Position numbers and translations under genes: made by a program. The notes beneath the pieces were generated by a model that was not told the origin of the DNA, did no database searches, and saw nothing but the letters and a program-made list of their open reading frames with translations. Positions 59,701-63,792 of a stretch of 63,792 nt of DNA are shown here, in pieces (the first letter of the stretch is position 1; the number at the start of each line of letters is the position of its first letter). The DNA comes from Felis catus (lineage: Eukaryota), in NCBI RefSeq assembly GCF_018350175.1, contig NC_058377.1:59830001-59893792 (forward strand), given 5' to 3'.

Positions 59701-60771
59701 TACTGCAAATGCAACAGGGGCCTAAACAGGCGATAGGAGTCTCATCTCTCACCCAGGTGTTGTTAATCCCATTGCCACCCCCCCCCCCCGCCCCGCTCCA
59801 GTCTCTCAAACCTGTCTCCACTTATCCAGCTGCACCTCTGTGGATTTCTTCGAAGTTTCTGATGCTGTGGGCTATCCCTCCTTCTGAAAATCCTCTCTTC
59901 TCTAGACTTCTGTGACATACCACATTGTCTTCAGCCTCTGACTCAAGTATTGTTCCCCAGAATCCTGTCCTTGGCCTTTTTTTTTTCAGCCCAGATTTTT
60001 CTCCTGAGCTCCAGACCCATAAATACAATTCATTCCCGAATGTCCTATTGGTACCTTTAAGGCTGTAGGTCCAAAATATGAACTCATTTCCTCCTCCCAT
60101 GCTCTGAAACCTATTCCTTATTCTGTGTTCCCCATCTCAGCAAACAGCACTGATCCCCCAGTGATTTCAGCCAGAAATCTGGGAATTATCCCTCCTTTCT
60201 GCCCCCTCCCCCTGCAATCCTACCAGTACCCGAGTCCTGCCAGCCATGCTACTGGGCATCTTTTGAATGTCTACTCACCTCTGAAGCTGAGAGGACTTCT
60301 CACTGACCCTGCTGCAAATTTAGTCTCTCTAACCAACCTTCACATTTCTGAGATCAGGTTTTTAAGCACTCAAGTTTGACCAGGCCAGTAGCTGCTTAAA
60401 AGTGTTCAATATCTCTCTCTGTTGCCTGCTAATAAAGTCTAAACTCAGCTTGGCATTCAAGGCCCTTCATGATCTGGCCCCCTCACCCTGGCTTTTCCAT
60501 CACTGCTCCCACCCCGGCCAGGCAGGTCTTCTCTTGTCCCCTTCAGCACCTTTGTCCTCCATGATACCCAGATAGAACACTTGTTCCCCACACAGTAGTG
60601 AAGAGAAATAGGGTGTGGAGAGAGATTTGGGGAGGAAGGCAACAGCAGCAGTGCCCAGAGAAGCAGGGCTGGTTTACTGAGCTTCACACCTGGAAGCAGC
60701 GAGAGCAGGAGCAGAAGGCCCAGGCCGGAGACAGAGAAGCTTAGGCTGAGATGGTGGCTCCGGGGCCCCAT
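56319..60771 (-). CDS. CHRNA10: Neuronal acetylcholine receptor subunit alpha-10, 5 exons, 457 aa
   Basis: Exons 60771-60690, 59403-59258, 58824-58670, 57968-57436, 56776-56319; Cys-loop [15 protein letters not shown], vicinal cysteines YGCCSEPY, M2 [17 protein letters not shown], ends LLVLVQAL*. Confidence 0.95.
57436..57968 (-). CDS. CHRNA10: CHRNA10 exon 4 (Cys-loop to M2)
   Basis: ORF 57272..57931; ACAG| acceptor, TCG|GTGAGC donor. Confidence 0.95.
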
Positions 60772-62084
60772 GGCCCTGCCACAGCAAGAGGTGGGGCAGG
60801 TCTCTGGGTGTGAGCCTCTTGGCCCCACTGAGGGCAGCATCAGGCTCTGCTGGCAGGGATGGTGTGGACGATACCTGCAAGTCAGAAGTAAGACTGAAAT
60901 CTCTGCTGGGTCCAGCTACCCTCTGGGGAGCCCTGCGACTCTTCCAGTTCTCTCACCCTCCTATTTGTACCTGCCCTTGGATTTAAGTACTTGGATCTTG
61001 GCATCTGCTCTTTCTCCTCTGTTAGTCCTTTCCTCTTCTGGCCTCTGCCCCTGCACTTGTCTCTGCCCCCCCCCACCCCCCTTTACCTCTCTCACTCAGC
61101 ATCTCCGTCTCCACTTCCTTTTGTCTTTTCTTCTGTAACTCTTTCTTGGCCTCTGCCTCTTTGACTTTGGTCTTCCTCCTTCCACTCATTCTTCCTGTCT
61201 CCTTCTATTTCAGCCCCCTAACTTCCTTTCTCTGTTCTCCATACCTGGACTCCGGATGAGCCTGGCACATTCTCAGCAGAACGGGGCAGGGACTCCATCA
61301 GCCCTGAGCCCTCTGAGGCATAGGGCTGCAGGCCCCTCCCCCTTTGCCGTTTTCATTAGCTTAATTATAGGGTTGGGACACCTGTGCCCATGGGAACAGA
61401 GTAATTGAAACTGACACCTCAGGTTACCGGGCCCTGAATTATTCAAATTCTGTAAGTCAGCACCCAGGCTCAGCTGAAGCCAGCCTGGGGTATTGGAGGG
61501 CACAGAGATCCTAGGGTCAGGGGTGTGAGGGAGCAGGACCCATGGATGATGCTGTCCTCCGAGTTCTACCACCATTACTGAATTCTTGAAGCCTCCTTTA
61601 AACTGTCAGCTCTGCCTCCAGTGAGAGATCGAACACATCTGTCCAGGCTAGGTAGGCACTTTGTGCCAATCAAGCTCTCCCCTCCTGGTGGGAATGGGAA
61701 CTGAGCCTCAGGCTCCTCCAGGTGGCCCCACAGAGCAGGGGATGCAGCTCACATCCTCACCTCCAGCTCCCTACAGCCATCCCAATCGGAGCCTCAGTGT
61801 TTTCCCCATGCCCAAACACCATAGGTGATATGGGGTAGCAGGGAAAACACAGGCTTTAGAGTCACTTTCAGCTCTGTCTTATGAGTTGTCTGACATGGGC
61901 AAGCTACTGAAACTCTCTGGGTTTCGGTTTTCTCATACAGGATAATGGGATTAACAGTCCTCACTTTGAAAGGATTAAATGAGACAAGCAATAATGCAAG
62001 GCAAGTGCCCAGCATATTGTCTGATGCACAGTAGTCAACCAACTATAATCTCAGTGATATCTTCAGGAACACACACTTAGATTC

Positions 62085-63792
62085 ACAAGTCTCCAGCCCC
62101 TGGCAACCACAGTTCTAAACTTTCTATCTCCATAATTTTGAGTTAAGTACCTCATGTAAGTGGAGTCACACAGTAGTTGTCTTTTTGAGATCAGTTGATT
62201 CACTCTGCATAATATCCTCAAGATTGATCCATTTTGTTACATATGTCAGAACTTTCTTATTTTAGAGCTATATATATTCTATTGTATGCATATGCTACAT
62301 TTTGCTTATCTATTCATTCCTTGAGGAATACTTGGCTTGCTTACACATTTTGGGTAGTATGAATAATCCTGCTGAATATGAAAATAGAAATATCTCTTCA
62401 AGACTTTGTTTTCAGTTCTTTTGGATATATACCCAGAAATGGAATTGCTAGGTCATATGGTAATTCAATTTTTTTTTTTTTTGAGAAATCGCCATACTAC
62501 TTTCTATAATAGCCATAACATTTTACATCCCCACCAAACAGGGTACAAGGGTTCCAATTTCTTCACATCCTCATCAACATTTATTATTTTTTCTTTTTTT
62601 TAAATAGTAGCCATCGTNNNNNNNNNNNNNNNNNNNNNNNNNNNNNNNNNNNNNNNNNNNNNNNNNNNNNNNNNNNNNNNNNNNNNNNNNNNNNNNNNNN
62701 NNNNNNNNNNNNNNNNNNNNNNNNNNNNNNNNNNNNNNNNNNNNNNNNNNNNNNNNNNNNNNNNNNNNNNNNNNNNNNNNNNNNNNNNNNNNNNNNNNNN
62801 NTATATTCTGGATATTAAGCCCTTATAGGGTATATAATTTGTAAATATTTTCTTCCATTCTATGGGCTGCTTTTTTAGTCAGTTGATATATTCTTTTGGT
62901 GAACAATATTTTAAATATTTTATGAAGTCCCATTTGACTGTATTATTTTTTTGCCTGCACTTTGAAGTCATATCCAATAAATCATTGGCAAATCCAATGT
63001 TGTGAAGCTTTTTGCCCTGTATTTTCTTCTAAGAGTTTTATAGTTTTAGTTCCTATATTTAAGTATTTGATCCGTTTTAAAATTTTAGGTATGGTGTTTA
63101 GATAAAGGTACAACTTTATCTCTTTGCATGTGGATATCCAGTTACCCCAGCACCATTTGTTGAAAAGACAAATTCTTCCATTGAATGGTCTTGGCTCCCT
63201 CACCAAAAATCATTTGACCCTCATGTGAGGGTTTATTCCTGGCTCTCTATTTTAACCCATTAGTCTAGATGTCTGTTTTTATGCCCATACCACACTGTTT
63301 TGATTACTGTACCTGTGTAATAAGTTTTGAAACCAGGAAGTGTGAGTCCCCCAGCTCTGTTCTTTTCCAAGATTGTGTTGGTTATTCAGAGTCCCTTGAG
63401 ATTCCATATGAATTTTAGGATGGATTTTCTTATTTCTGAAAAAAAAAATGCCACTGGGATTTTGGTAGGAATTGCACTAAATCTGTAGATTGCTTTGGTT
63501 AGTATGGATATTTTAAATCTTCCATTCCATGAATATGATGTCTTTCCATTTGTCTTTAGTTTCTTTAAGCAATATTTTAGTTTTCAGTGTACATGACTTT
63601 TGCCACCTTGACTATGNNNNNNNNNNNNNNNNNNNNNNNNNNNNNNNNNNNNNNNNNNNNNNNNNNNNNNNNNNNNNNNNNNNNNNNNNNNNNNNNNNNN
63701 NNNNNNNNNNNNNNNNNNNNNNNNNNNNNNNNNNNNNNNNNNNNNNNNNNNTATTCAGCTATTCTAACAGTGCTGCTGTTGAACCCTGTCAT
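62085..63792 (-). mobile_element. LINE-1 ORF2 3' region/3'UTR fragment
   Basis: Minus ORF 62982..63206 (LFNKWCWGNWISTCKEIKL) is typical of the L1 ORF2 C-terminal region. Confidence 0.88.

Overview
Mammalian genomic DNA from a carnivore, most likely a felid (dense Can-SINE/SINEC_Fc-type elements); draft assembly with six N-gaps. The window holds the compact ancestral gene cluster RNF121 (exon 1, -) / XNDC1 (9 coding exons, +) / TRPC2 (13 exons, +, intact) / ART5 (-) / ART1 (+) / CHRNA10 (-), interspersed with SINEs, L1/L2, MaLR/ERVL LTRs and DNA-transposon relics. All exon models were assembled by hand from GT-AG boundaries and phase continuity. Gene identities rest on recalled orthologue sequences, not database searches. 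The most interesting element is XNDC1. It reconstructs to a complete 404-aa ORF with an XRCC1-N-terminal-like domain, a basic NLS and two C-x2-C-x11-H-x3-C (UBZ4-like) zinc fingers, which is the architecture of a poorly characterised DNA-damage adaptor. It is transcriptionally entangled with the vomeronasal channel TRPC2: there is no canonical poly(A) signal between them, and the mouse-type read-through linker exon is frameshifted here.
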